A DNA stretch of 64,000 nucleotides, taken from positions 36,091 to 100,090 of the forward strand of contig JAMCUI010000009.1 in NCBI GenBank assembly GCA_023379265.1, read 5' to 3'. The notes below the pieces were generated by a model that saw nothing but the letters and a program-made list of their open reading frames with translations, was not told where the DNA came from and did no database searches. Both the position numbers and the translations under genes were made by a program. Position 1 is the first letter of the stretch. The number at the start of each line of letters is the position of its first letter. Positions 47,649-57,698 of the stretch are shown here, in pieces. Origin of the DNA: Patescibacteria group bacterium (GTDB lineage: Bacteria; Patescibacteriota; Microgenomatia; 2-02-FULL-39-11).

Positions 47649-48458
47649 ATGGATAATAATAACCATATTATTGAAGTAAAAAATTTGACCAAAAGATTTA
47701 GCAGTTTTACCGCCGTTGACGATATTTCTTTTAATGTTGAAAAAGGGGATATTTTTGCCTTTCTGGGTCCGAATGGTGCAGGAAAAACTACAACCATTAA
47801 GATGCTTACTACTCTTCTTTTTCCTACAGAAGGGAAAATCAGTCTCAATGGTTATAACCCGATGAGCCAAAAGGATGAAGCAAGAAGGTCTTTTGGTATA
47901 GTGTTTCAGGATCCCAGTCTTGATGATGAATTAACAGCTAGGGAGAATCTTGAATTTCACGGAGTGCTTTATAAGGTTCCTGGGAGGTTAATGAATTCTA
48001 GAATAGAAGAGTTGATGAAGTTTGTGGAACTATGGGAAAGGAGAGATCACTTGGTCAAAACTTTTTCCGGAGGGATGAAGAGGCGACTTGAAATAGCTAG
48101 AGGACTTCTTCACCACCCGAAGATTTTTTTCCTGGACGAACCTACACAGGGGCTTGACCCTCAGACAAGAAACCACATGTGGGAGTACATAGAGAATCTA
48201 AACAAAAAAGAGCACATTACTGTATTTTTTACCACACATTATATTGAGGAGGCCGAAAAAGTAGCCAGGAGGGTCGCTATAATGGATCACGGAAAGATTG
48301 TAGCTCAGGGAACGCCTGATGGACTGAAAGAAAAAACAGGCAAGCAAACACTCGAAGATGCATTCTTATCCTTAACTGGACACGGCATAAGGGATGAGGA
48401 GGCTTCAGGTGTAGATCGGATGCGGCAACACCGTGCAATGTGGCGAAGAGGTAGATAA
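47649..48458 (+). CDS. ABC-2 type transporter ATP-binding protein (DrrA-like)
   Basis: Walker A GPNGAGKTT, signature FSGGMKRRLEIARGL, Walker B FFLDEPTQGLD. Confidence 0.85.
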   Translation: MDNNNHIIEVKNLTKRFSSFTAVDDISFNVEKGDIFAFLGPNGAGKTTTIKMLTTLLFPTEGKISLNGYNPMSQKDEARRSFGIVFQDPSLDDELTARENLEFHGVLYKVPGRLMNSRIEELMKFVELWERRDHLVKTFSGGMKRRLEIARGLLHHPKIFFLDEPTQGLDPQTRNHMWEYIENLNKKEHITVFFTTHYIEEAEKVARRVAIMDHGKIVAQGTPDGLKEKTGKQTLEDAFLSLTGHGIRDEEASGVDRMRQHRAMWRRGR

Positions 48459-48462
48459 AAAT

Positions 48463-49209
48463 ATGAGTACTGTATATATACTTTGGTTAAGACAGATAAA
48501 AAGATATTTCAGGTCACGGTCTCGAATCGTTGGTTCTCTTGGTCAACCAATACTTTTTTTAGTTGCGTTGGGATTTGGTTTCGGACCTGTTTTCAGACGC
48601 GCTGGGCAGGGGAGCTATATACAATTTCTTGTGCCTGGAATAATCGCCATGAGTATACTTTTTACGTCAATTTTTTCAGGTATAGAGATCATTTGGGATA
48701 GACAATTCGGCTTTCTGAAAGAAACACTTGTTGCGCCTGTCTCAAGGCTGGAAATAATGGTTGGTAGGACACTTGGGGGAGCAACTGTTGCCATATTTCA
48801 GGGTGTAATAGTTTTTTTCATTTCGCTTTTTGCGGGTTTCAGGCTTCCTGGAGTACACGCCTTGATACCTACATTTGTGTTTATGCTTCTTATAGCAGTT
48901 CTTTTTACAGCTCTGGGTACTGCCATTGCCTCAAAACTTGAAGATATGCAGGGATTCCAGCTTATAATGAATTTTCTTATTATGCCGCTTTTCTTTCTCT
49001 CTGGAGCTCTATTTCCTCTTGATGGAGTACCGACTGTTCTGGCAACTATTGTAAGGTTTGACCCCCTTTCTTATGGTGTTGACGGATTGCGTAGCGCTCT
49101 TGTGGGAACGTCGCATTTCGGATTTACTGTAGACCTGACGATACTTTCCGTCCTCACATTTTTCCTTCTTATACTGGGAAGCTACCTTTTCTCAAAAATA
49201 GAGATATAA
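48463..49209 (+). CDS. ABC-2 family transporter permease
   Basis: 6-TM ABC-2 membrane domain. Start taken at the internal ATG 48463 (MSTVYILWL). Confidence 0.75.
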   Translation: MSTVYILWLRQIKRYFRSRSRIVGSLGQPILFLVALGFGFGPVFRRAGQGSYIQFLVPGIIAMSILFTSIFSGIEIIWDRQFGFLKETLVAPVSRLEIMVGRTLGGATVAIFQGVIVFFISLFAGFRLPGVHALIPTFVFMLLIAVLFTALGTAIASKLEDMQGFQLIMNFLIMPLFFLSGALFPLDGVPTVLATIVRFDPLSYGVDGLRSALVGTSHFGFTVDLTILSVLTFFLLILGSYLFSKIEI

Positions 49210-49271
49210 TTTGAAGTTTTTCTGAAAGACCAAACGTAGCCGATTTTAGCGTGTTTATAGAAAATTGTGCA

Positions 49272-49724
49272 TTAATATCCTAAGTTTTGGTATGGAGCCA
49301 TTTGTTTGTTTAATGCTTGGTTGATTGAGTTTACCAGGCTTTGTGTGGCCCATAGTGAAAGTATTATAGAAACAGTCGTTAGAATAATTGCGGCGATACC
49401 GATCTTTTTAGCAATTGTACCTTCCTGCCGTAAATATTTATAACCCCATATGTATCCTAGTGGTGGTAGAAGAATACTCACTAAATAAACGGTTATTTGC
49501 TTGCCAATAGATACGGAAAGAGGTTTCTGTTTTAACTTGCTGCCGCAGTTCTGGCAAAAAAAATAATCCTGCAGTGTTCTTGTGTGGCAGAACGGACAGA
49601 TTTGTTGGCTTTTCGAATCAAAAGCCTTTTGTTGTGGTAAAGCGTTTTGTTCGGTTTGAGACGAAGATATTGTTTGAGGAGAAATAATGATATTTTCCTG
49701 TTTTTGGGTGTCAGAGGTATTCAT
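49272..49724 (-). CDS. zinc-ribbon membrane protein (hypothetical)
   Basis: CPFC...CQNC ribbon followed by two TM helices. Confidence 0.4.
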   Translation of the reverse strand: MNTSDTQKQENIIISPQTISSSQTEQNALPQQKAFDSKSQQICPFCHTRTLQDYFFCQNCGSKLKQKPLSVSIGKQITVYLVSILLPPLGYIWGYKYLRQEGTIAKKIGIAAIILTTVSIILSLWATQSLVNSINQALNKQMAPYQNLGY

Positions 49725-49807
49725 GAAGTAGCAAGAATAACGACTTTTCCAACAACCAAACTTTCCTTGTAAAGGAAAAAGGATTAGTTCAGTTGTTTAT
49801 TGAATGA

Positions 49808-50026
49808 TTACGGTGTATAAAATTTTACCACGTAAATCAACAGTGCAGCTGCAGTGACCAGAAAAAATACAATACCCGTCTGTATGATCGGGCTTTTCAT
49901 AGGGTCTTGAGCTGATTTTTTTGCCGTTTGCCTGGAGACTCTTTTTGACTTTTTCATAAAATTTTTTGGTTTTACCTCCTTAAATCCAGCATAAGTTGGA
50001 CTAAATTTTTTGTCAAGAGATAACAA
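49808..50026 (-). CDS. small hypothetical membrane protein
   Basis: 72 aa with a C-terminal TM helix. Confidence 0.3.
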   Translation of the reverse strand: MLSLDKKFSPTYAGFKEVKPKNFMKKSKRVSRQTAKKSAQDPMKSPIIQTGIVFFLVTAAALLIYVVKFYTP

Positions 50027-50044
50027 GATTTGTCGTCGTTTTAT

Positions 50045-50437
50045 TTAGTGCGTTTGGGTAATTTTGTCTGCATAAAGCGTAGTTCCTGAATATTGTCCTG
50101 ATATTTCCACTTTTTGCCCTACATATTTGTCTAGATCAATATTATTTGAGGCTATTCCTGTAATTTCGTTATTATTTACCAATATGTGCGAATAGTCGTT
50201 ATTGGATTGAGGTACTTTTTGCAGAGTGCCAGCAAGTTTTACCTCTACGTTTGTAATTTGCGCAGAATTATTTTGGTTATTAACTGGTGTTTTTGTTCCG
50301 CCAAGAGCAGTAAATCCGAATATTCCGATTAAAACAATAATCGCAAAAATAAATATATATTTCATGACACCCTTTCTTATAAACTTAAATAATTTAATCC
50401 TGCTTATGATTATAATAGATTCATCAGTCTTAACCAT
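50045..50437 (-). CDS. small secreted/membrane-anchored hypothetical protein
   Basis: Internal start MKYIFIFAII... gives a signal-anchor followed by ~80 aa. Confidence 0.35.
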   Translation of the reverse strand: MVKTDESIIIISRIKLFKFIRKGVMKYIFIFAIIVLIGIFGFTALGGTKTPVNNQNNSAQITNVEVKLAGTLQKVPQSNNDYSHILVNNNEITGIASNNIDLDKYVGQKVEISGQYSGTTLYADKITQTH

Positions 50438-51822
50438 CTTAAAATATTGGCTGTGATAAGGAAATTATCGTTGATAAAATTATGTGCAGCAATACCCATA
50501 TGTCTTTCCATCTGATGATCGTCAATAAGTTTGGCGACATTTATTGCTGCCTCTTCATAATTTCTTGGTGATACTAGAAAGCCAGTTTTTCCATGCTGTA
50601 TTTGCGGAATAATACCGCCAATGTTTGAGGCTACCACGGGTTTGCCGCACCAGGAGGCTTCAGCCACCATCATGCCGAAACCTTCTAAATTGGAAAGCTG
50701 TATGATATAGGTGTTTGTCGCCTGCCAAACGGCCGCCAACTCGTGGTAATGGAATGGTCGAGGATGAGCAGTTTGAGTGTGTAGGAAGAAGTAATCTTTA
50801 TTTTCAGCAAAGCCCATCTGGTCTGCTTTTGTTCGCATCTGTTTTAAAACCATTGATGAAACTGGATTGTCGTTGGCAAACGGTCCGGTATAGATAAGTT
50901 GAAGACCATTGTATTTCTGGCGCATAATTTTGAATACCTCAAGTATTCCAAGAGGATTTTTGTCAGGATCAAACCGGGAAACCTGGACAAGTATAGGTCT
51001 TTGAGGATCAACTCCGAATTCCGAAAGTATTTTATCTGCTTCTTCTTTTGACATAGGCTGCAGTTTTTTATGGAAAGGGTCAACAAAAGGATAGTTGGTT
51101 TCCCATCTGATTTTGGTTTTAAGGTCGGAAGGGAAATACTGAGGTATGGTACAAACTGATGCGTCGTGTTTTAATATGTACGGTTCTATAAATTTCCATG
51201 ATGGCGAAGCTGGATCGCCATATGGGTGGAAGCGCCAAAACCATTTCTGTCCGTCTCTCTTTGCCTTATCTATGACAGCTACGCATTGTGGATCATCAGC
51301 GATGAAGATACAACCATTTTGGGTATTTTGTTGATAATCCTGAAGCATTTTGCCGAATGTTGAGTTTACCTCTAAGTATAAATTTTCATCTTTTTCAGTA
51401 ACAGGTCTGGGGTGGATTTTACCGTCACCGTTTTCAAAAACAAACCACATTTTACTGGAGTCCTGAAGGGAATAGTGCAAACCGGCAGTAATACCGAAGA
51501 AATCCGGAGGCGGATTGTAACCTTTTTCACTGCCGTAGGGCGAGGTCATGGTCATCCAATGGGTTTTTATGCCCAAATCATTCATCAGTGCCGCAAAAGA
51601 TGGTATAAGTTCGGCTACACCTCCTCCAAAAGAAGTTGAATTAAACCTCAAAATGGTTTTGCATTTAAGATTTTCAGCTTCCGTCTGTATTTCTGATAAA
51701 GTTTCAGGAGAGACATATCTGGCGTAATCTACAAGTCTTCTGGGGGGGAATAGGTGGTCTGCTAGATTGAAATCAAAAAATGAGGCGTCTTGGCCTTTAT
51801 CTTTTACGTCTGAGTGCATCAA
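50410..51822 (-). CDS. GT4-family glycosyltransferase (trehalose synthase TreT / sucrose-synthase-like retaining GT-B)
   Basis: 470 aa. N-terminal FNSTSFGGGVAELI, and a C-terminal GT-B nucleotide-binding half with the E-x7-E-like EGFGMMVAEA motif. Confidence 0.55.
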   Translation of the reverse strand: MMHSDVKDKGQDASFFDFNLADHLFPPRRLVDYARYVSPETLSEIQTEAENLKCKTILRFNSTSFGGGVAELIPSFAALMNDLGIKTHWMTMTSPYGSEKGYNPPPDFFGITAGLHYSLQDSSKMWFVFENGDGKIHPRPVTEKDENLYLEVNSTFGKMLQDYQQNTQNGCIFIADDPQCVAVIDKAKRDGQKWFWRFHPYGDPASPSWKFIEPYILKHDASVCTIPQYFPSDLKTKIRWETNYPFVDPFHKKLQPMSKEEADKILSEFGVDPQRPILVQVSRFDPDKNPLGILEVFKIMRQKYNGLQLIYTGPFANDNPVSSMVLKQMRTKADQMGFAENKDYFFLHTQTAHPRPFHYHELAAVWQATNTYIIQLSNLEGFGMMVAEASWCGKPVVASNIGGIIPQIQHGKTGFLVSPRNYEEAAINVAKLIDDHQMERHMGIAAHNFINDNFLITANILRWLRLMNLL

Positions 51823-51997
51823 AGAATACTTGTTTTATTAAGCAACGATTACATTATAGAAACGATTTTTTTCTCTGTAAAGTCTAGAACTAGTCTCAAA
51901 ACCTGCAAATTAATCCCGAAAGAAAACTTTGATATGGGATTAAAATAACATTTAGAAATAAATTCTAGGGATAAAGAAGAATAGATAATCTATTTTA

Positions 51998-52435
51998 CTA
52001 TTTCTTTCTTAAGAATAAGGAACTGAAGAAATAAAAAAGCAGAATTTCCAAGGCTGAAGATATAAGAGTGGGTAATAGGTTCCTAGTATTGGGGATACCG
52101 CTAATTTTCTGCGTTAACATCGGCAGCATAAAAATAAGACTGAAGACAAAAACGTATATAGTTGATAATAGTGCTACCCTGTCAGGTTTTTCTATTTCAT
52201 ATTTGCTTTTTATCATCTTTGACGCAATAAAGGTATCAAGGAGGACAATGACTAAGGGGAAAATTACCTGGTCAGCTTTTCCAAGGAGTGGAATTGATCT
52301 ATATACTGATGGATTTAGGAGATAGACTACTATTACACTGTATATAAATGATATGATAATTCCAATAAGAATATAGCTTATGAAATAGACGGCCGAAATT
52401 TTACCGCTCTTATCCAACTTTGTTTGTTTGGCCAT
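51998..52435 (-). CDS. hypothetical 4-TM membrane protein
   Basis: 145 aa hydrophobic ORF. No family. Confidence 0.35.
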   Translation of the reverse strand: MAKQTKLDKSGKISAVYFISYILIGIIISFIYSVIVVYLLNPSVYRSIPLLGKADQVIFPLVIVLLDTFIASKMIKSKYEIEKPDRVALLSTIYVFVFSLIFMLPMLTQKISGIPNTRNLLPTLISSALEILLFYFFSSLFLRKK

Positions 52436-52553
52436 ACCTCAATTATTATATATCATTTTTTCCTTTTCAATAGGGAATTTTAGTGGTATACATTTTTTAC
52501 CTAGACAATGATATGATCTCAAATGTAATAAGTATTTAAGGTTTGGAAACAAT

Positions 52554-53759
52554 ATGGCACAAGAGTATAGAAAAACTTCTAAAAGAATAGATAATAACGT
52601 CTTTTCTATAGGAATGTTAAGCTTTTTCGGCGGTGTAAGCCAGGATATTTTTCTACCAATTCTTCCTCTTTACCTAGCAAATATTCTCCATTTTAATAAA
52701 GAATTTATAGGGCTTATTGAAGGTTTGGTCACAAGTAGTGCCAGTGTATTCAAAATAGTCGCTGGTTACCTGACGGATAAATTTAGAGTAAAAAAATCTC
52801 TTGTTTTTATAGGTTATTTCCTTTCATTGGTTAGTAGGCCACTTCTTTCTATGTTGACATCCGGTATCGGTGTACTGGGGCTGCGTTTTATTGATGGAGT
52901 TGGGAAAGGGATGAAAGATACTCCCAAAGACGCTCTTATCGCCGATTCTTCAAAAGTTGAAACAAGAGGCAAGGGTTTTGGAATAGTGAGGGCTCTTGAT
53001 ACATTCGGTTCTGTAATAGGGCCGATATTACTTTTTGTCATGCTCTATTTTTTGGGTAGCAATCAACTGAAATATCATTATATATTTTTCTTTTCAGCAG
53101 TTCCCCTTCTTATAACCCTTCTTATACTTGTTTTTTTTGTTAAGGAAAAACATCTGTCTGCAGAAATTAAACATGACGATAGACCTTACAATCTTTCCAG
53201 AGACTTTTATATTTTTCTTTTGATTGTGGTCTTATTTTCTTTGGGAAATTCTTCAGATACTTTTCTGATACTGCGTGCTCAGAATGTTGGAGTGACGCTT
53301 TTAGGAATTCCATTGGTTTATGCGCTTTTCAATTTTTTCTATGCCACCGCATCAATACCTTTGGGTAGTCTGTCTGATAAAATCGGCAGGGAAAAAGTAA
53401 TTTTTTTGGGATGGTTGGCTTATGCCCTTGCTTATTTAGGTTTCGCACTTGCAGGTAAAAGTTATCAGATATGGTTTCTTTTTGCTTTTTACGGAGTTTA
53501 CTATGCTACTACAGAGGGTGTAGCAAAAGCCTTTGTTGCTGATATGACTTCACCCGAACATCGAGGTAAAGCTTATGGCATATATAACGCTGTGGTTGGA
53601 GCAGTGACTTTACCTGCCAGTCTTATTGCCGGATTCCTTTGGGATAAATTTAATCCCTCAATGCCTTTTTTCTTTGCCAGTGCAATTGCAGCAGTCTCAA
53701 GCTTATTACTTTTGGGATTTACAAGGTATAGAAGTTTAGAGTATTCAAAGGACAAATAG
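52554..53759 (+). CDS. MFS transporter
   Basis: 401 aa, 12 predicted TM helices. MFS motif A-like region GYLTDKFRVKK. Confidence 0.8.
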   Translation: MAQEYRKTSKRIDNNVFSIGMLSFFGGVSQDIFLPILPLYLANILHFNKEFIGLIEGLVTSSASVFKIVAGYLTDKFRVKKSLVFIGYFLSLVSRPLLSMLTSGIGVLGLRFIDGVGKGMKDTPKDALIADSSKVETRGKGFGIVRALDTFGSVIGPILLFVMLYFLGSNQLKYHYIFFFSAVPLLITLLILVFFVKEKHLSAEIKHDDRPYNLSRDFYIFLLIVVLFSLGNSSDTFLILRAQNVGVTLLGIPLVYALFNFFYATASIPLGSLSDKIGREKVIFLGWLAYALAYLGFALAGKSYQIWFLFAFYGVYYATTEGVAKAFVADMTSPEHRGKAYGIYNAVVGAVTLPASLIAGFLWDKFNPSMPFFFASAIAAVSSLLLLGFTRYRSLEYSKDK

Positions 53760-53768
53760 ATAATGTTG

Positions 53769-54422
53769 TCAGATTTTCTTGCTGCTATTGCAGCTGTAGT
53801 CTCTTGAGTTTGGCGCTCTTCCTTGAAAAGCGAAAAATGGGTCTTGTCTAAGCATCTGCCACCCGGCAAAAATAAAAATTATCAATGTTGCTAGTACTAA
53901 ACCTACCCATTTTCTTTCCGCCTTTTTTAGCGAATCATCCAATATCTTCGGGCATATATCTTTATGACAATTTTTGTTTTTCAGATTTCTAATCGCCATA
54001 ATTACAGAAAGAAGTATAAGTCCAAACGATAGTGTTTTTATTTCAAGTCCCTGAAAAGGCAATGAGGATAATCCTCCGATTACTCCAAGGCCAGAAAGGA
54101 TGGTAGAACCGCAGACCGGACAAGACGAGGCAAGGATACCAATGAGAGCTCCGGCACCTCCTCCTGATGTATGAAAAAGATTGGCAATACCGTATTTCCT
54201 GTAATGATAAAGGAAAAGGGAGACGCTGATACCGAAAAGTATAGCAGTGCCCGATGTCAGCACTATATAAGAGATGAAGTATGTTAGCGAATTATGTACA
54301 TATAGGCTGTGAAGATCGGAGTTTATAAGAAGTATCCGGTAATACAGGAGAAGAAGTCCAAGGGCAGATGTAGCGCCGAAAATATAATAATAGAATATTG
54401 TGAGCAGGTGTTTTTTTATCAT
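53769..54422 (-). CDS. membrane protein with membrane-embedded CPVC and a second Cys pair (CHKDIC); possible thiol-disulfide oxidoreductase partner
   Basis: ~217 aa from the internal start MIKKHLL, ~5 TM helices. SCPVCGS within a Gly-rich helix, NCHKDICPK in a later loop. Adjacent to a DsbA-like gene. Confidence 0.35.
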   Translation of the reverse strand: MIKKHLLTIFYYYIFGATSALGLLLLYYRILLINSDLHSLYVHNSLTYFISYIVLTSGTAILFGISVSLFLYHYRKYGIANLFHTSGGGAGALIGILASSCPVCGSTILSGLGVIGGLSSLPFQGLEIKTLSFGLILLSVIMAIRNLKNKNCHKDICPKILDDSLKKAERKWVGLVLATLIIFIFAGWQMLRQDPFFAFQGRAPNSRDYSCNSSKKI

Positions 54423-54435
54423 GGGCTGTCCTTCT

Positions 54436-54855
54436 CTAGTATAATTTCTTATTTGGACTTTTTCCATTCTTTATAAATTTCATCAGGCAAGAGTTCATTA
54501 TGACTGTTAAACCGTGAGCTTGTGCATACTTTTGCGCTTTATCATCTGCGACTCCTTCCTGCATCCATACAGTTTTTACATCTCCACGTCTAACTGCTTC
54601 TTTTACGTGGGGAAAAACGAATTCATTTTTTCGGAAAATGTCAGCAATGTCCACTTTTACGCTCTTGGGTATAGACAAAAGATTTGGAAAGGCTTTTTCA
54701 CCCAGAGTTTCGGAAATATTTGGATTAACTGGAATTATTTTATATCCCTGAGATTGCAAAAAAGCTCCAACCTTGTGGCTATATTTTTCACCGTCGTTTG
54801 AAAGACCGATTATAGCTATGGTTTTTGTCTCTTCTAATATTTTATTTTGATCCAT
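54436..54855 (-). CDS. CoA-binding domain protein (YccU-like)
   Basis: 139 aa. IAIIGLSNDGEKYSHKV and IIPVNPN match the CoA_binding_2 Rossmann-like fold. Confidence 0.7.
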   Translation of the reverse strand: MDQNKILEETKTIAIIGLSNDGEKYSHKVGAFLQSQGYKIIPVNPNISETLGEKAFPNLLSIPKSVKVDIADIFRKNEFVFPHVKEAVRRGDVKTVWMQEGVADDKAQKYAQAHGLTVIMNSCLMKFIKNGKSPNKKLY

Positions 54856-54896
54856 TTTTAGGGTATTTTAGTATATCATGATATATTAAAAAGGTC

Positions 54897-56117
54897 TTGT
54901 ATTATGGAGGAATAATAAATAAAATATACGAACAAAATATGTCAGGCGAGAAAAGATTTATTATAGGCACAATTATTGTCACTGTGTTGGTTATTGTGGC
55001 TGCGGTGATGTTTTCTTCTTCAGGAAATAAATCTTCAAACAACACTGATCTTTCCGGACCCAAGGTGAATTCTAATCTTTTAGTCAGAGCCGACAGCGAG
55101 AAAATATCTTCTCCATCAGCCCAGGCTACACTTGTGGAATTTGGAGATTTCCAGTGTCCGGCTTGTGGAGCGTATCATTCGCTTGTCCAGCAAGTACTAG
55201 ACCAATTCAAGGGAAAATTAAATTTTGTCTTCCGTAATTTTCCTCTTACTTCAATTCATCAGAATGCCCAAATAGCAGCACAGACTGCAGTGGCGGCGGG
55301 TCTACAGGGGAAATTTTTTGATATGTATAATCTCCTATATGAAAACCAATCTGAATGGTCTGATTTAGGTAACCCTCGAGACACTTTTGACAAATATGCT
55401 CAATCACTTCACCTAGATATCAATAAATTTAATTCCGATATAGACTCAAAGAAAGTACAGGATCTTATACAAGAAGATGTGAACGATGCCAATTCTTTGG
55501 GGGTGGATGCTACTCCAACTTTTTACCTTAACGGAGTCAAACTGAATAATCCTTCAGGTTTTGATGAATTCAGTAATTTGGTTAAAACTGCCATAAAAGA
55601 TATCCCGATCACCCAGTCGCCTGCAGCGGAGGCTTATCACGTCCATGTTGATTTTAAGGTCTATTTGAACGATATACCTGTAGATTTTTCTTTAGCAAAG
55701 TACCAATCGGTTGAAGGTAAGGAACTTGATCCGTACGTGCATCTCCATGACGGCAACGGGAAAATAATCCATTTCCACAAAAAGGATGTTACTTTTGGAG
55801 AGTTTTTCAAATCTTTGAAAATGCAGTTAAGCAATGATTGTTTTGTCATGGATAGTGGTAAAAAGTATTGTAATATTAACGGCACAACTTTGAAAATGTA
55901 CGTGAATGGGAAAGAGAATAATCAATTTGATAAGTACGTACCAAACGATTTAGACAGGATTCTTATCACTTACGGAAATGATAACCAAGTTGTTATCACT
56001 AAACAAATAGGTTCAGTCACAAATGACGCGTGTATCTATTCCCTCAAGTGCCCTGAGAGAGGCAAACCTCCCACAGAGAACTGCGTAGGCGGTTTGGGTA
56101 CAAATTGTACAGAATAA
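54897..56117 (+). CDS. membrane-anchored DsbA-like thioredoxin-fold oxidoreductase with ~170-aa Cys-containing C-terminal extension
   Basis: N-terminal TM. Thioredoxin active site FQCPACGAYH and a cis-Pro region (ATPTFYLNG). C-terminal domain of unknown function with 6 Cys. Confidence 0.6.
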   Translation: MYYGGIINKIYEQNMSGEKRFIIGTIIVTVLVIVAAVMFSSSGNKSSNNTDLSGPKVNSNLLVRADSEKISSPSAQATLVEFGDFQCPACGAYHSLVQQVLDQFKGKLNFVFRNFPLTSIHQNAQIAAQTAVAAGLQGKFFDMYNLLYENQSEWSDLGNPRDTFDKYAQSLHLDINKFNSDIDSKKVQDLIQEDVNDANSLGVDATPTFYLNGVKLNNPSGFDEFSNLVKTAIKDIPITQSPAAEAYHVHVDFKVYLNDIPVDFSLAKYQSVEGKELDPYVHLHDGNGKIIHFHKKDVTFGEFFKSLKMQLSNDCFVMDSGKKYCNINGTTLKMYVNGKENNQFDKYVPNDLDRILITYGNDNQVVITKQIGSVTNDACIYSLKCPERGKPPTENCVGGLGTNCTE

Positions 56118-56174
56118 GCGGATTTGACTTCACGCAATTGTTGTTTAACGATATTTATATCCTCTTTTCCTTAG

Positions 56175-56204
56175 TTGCATTTTTACTTTCCAAAAAGATA
56201 TACT
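56175..56204 (+). promoter_or_regulatory. sigma70-like promoter (TTGCAT-18-TATACT) upstream of RuBisCO gene
   Basis: Hexamers at 56175-56180 and 56199-56204. Strong RBS aggaggt 8 nt before ATG 56245. Confidence 0.4.
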
Positions 56205-56244
56205 GGATAAGTATCAGTTATTTTTTCAATAGGAGGTAAATTTT

Positions 56245-57633
56245 ATGGCTGTCCAATTAAATTATATTGCGGGGGAAGGCTGGCAACCTGAGAATCCCGA
56301 TGAGAATTATGTGTTGGTTCAGTTCAAGATGGAGCTTGCTGATAACGTTGACCCTTCAAATTTCAGGAATGCCGCAGCCTCTGTGGCGGCAGAATCATCC
56401 ACAGGTACATGGACAAAAGTAGAGGATCGTCCAGACTCAGGTATAAAGGTGGCGGATGATTACAAAGCTATAGTATACGACCTGGATGAAATCAACCACA
56501 TGTTTAAGGTGGCCTATAAAGTGGATTTGTTTGAATATGACAATATGTCAGGTTATTTGGCGGGGCCTGCCGGAAACATTGGTGGGATGAAAATGGTCAA
56601 GGGGCTTCGAATTTTTGACATGAGATTTCCAAAGAAAATGGTGGATGCATTTCCTGGACCCAGATATGGTATTGATGGAGTCAGGGATATGCTTGCCCAA
56701 GATGAAAACCAAAGGAGGATGCCGATATTGGGAACTGTGCCAAAACCAAAAGTGGGAAGGACAGCTCAGGAACAGGCAGATTTAGCAAGAAGACTTTGGA
56801 CTGCGGGAGACGGGACTTATGATTTCATTAAAGATGATGAAAATCTGACCAGTCTGCCTTTCAATAAGTTTGACGATAGAGCAAAACTTGTTCTTGCAGT
56901 ACAAAGGGAGCTTGAGGAAAAAGGCGGCAAGAAAAAACTTTATCTGTGTAACCTGACGCATTCCAATCTTGATACCATGATTTATAGAGCAAACTTGATA
57001 AAGGAAAATGGCGGCAGGTGCATGATGATAGATGTGGTGACGACCGGTATGGCAGCAGTCCATACTATGAGGCTTAAGAATCCAGAACTTATTATTCATG
57101 CGCATCGGGCTATGCATGCCTTTATGACTCGTGAAAGCGGTAGCGGAATAACTGGTGTGGGTAACCTGCAAGGTTTTAGTATTTCCATGATTGTACTCGC
57201 CAAAATATACAGACTTTTGGGAGTTGATAGCCTTCACAGCGGTTCTCCCAAAGCCAAAATGGAAGATTATGGGGAGAGTGAGGAGATTATGCGTATTCTT
57301 ACAAAAGATATGACAGAGCCGAATACAAAATTCCATACGTTGGGACAGAACTGGTTTGGGAAAAAGACGGTTTGGCCTACCGCTTCTGGCGGTTTACATC
57401 CGGGAGTAATGGATATGGTCATGAGAAAGATGGGTAAAGACTGTTACATTCAGATGGGAGGTGGAGTTTTAGGACATCCCAAAGGAGCAGAGAGGGGAGT
57501 TGAGGCTGCCATTGAGGCGAGAAAGGCAATCACAGAAGGCCAATCTGTAAAGGAATACGTAGCCGCACATCCTGAAAGTGCACTGGCTGAAGCAGTGCAA
57601 TTGTGGGGTACCGAACCTAAAATAGTATATTGA
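56245..57633 (+). CDS. rbcL: ribulose-1,5-bisphosphate carboxylase/oxygenase large subunit, archaeal form III-like
   Basis: 462 aa with all diagnostic RuBisCO motifs. These are AAESSTGTWT, AGNIGGMKMVKGLR, GTVPKPKVG, YDFIKDDEN (carbamylated Lys + Mg ligands), HAHRAMHA, LHSGSPKAKMED, PTASGGLHPG and MGGGVLGHP. Long collinear similarity by eye to Thermococcus-type form III. Confidence 0.85.
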   Translation: MAVQLNYIAGEGWQPENPDENYVLVQFKMELADNVDPSNFRNAAASVAAESSTGTWTKVEDRPDSGIKVADDYKAIVYDLDEINHMFKVAYKVDLFEYDNMSGYLAGPAGNIGGMKMVKGLRIFDMRFPKKMVDAFPGPRYGIDGVRDMLAQDENQRRMPILGTVPKPKVGRTAQEQADLARRLWTAGDGTYDFIKDDENLTSLPFNKFDDRAKLVLAVQRELEEKGGKKKLYLCNLTHSNLDTMIYRANLIKENGGRCMMIDVVTTGMAAVHTMRLKNPELIIHAHRAMHAFMTRESGSGITGVGNLQGFSISMIVLAKIYRLLGVDSLHSGSPKAKMEDYGESEEIMRILTKDMTEPNTKFHTLGQNWFGKKTVWPTASGGLHPGVMDMVMRKMGKDCYIQMGGGVLGHPKGAERGVEAAIEARKAITEGQSVKEYVAAHPESALAEAVQLWGTEPKIVY

Positions 57634-57698
57634 GTCGAAATATTGCTGATAACATTTTTTCGGAAACGTTCTGAAAAAACGCTTCAAAAAAGAAGCAT

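Noticed and set aside
47468-47656. 62-aa ORF in the AT-rich gap before the ABC-2 operon
   Set aside because: It has no RBS, a low-complexity product, and overlaps a 9-bp-stem hairpin (47458-47486). It is more likely UTR.
56782-57336. 184-aa minus-strand ORF inside the RuBisCO gene
   Set aside because: It is antisense to a gene with full catalytic motif complement, so it is a shadow ORF.
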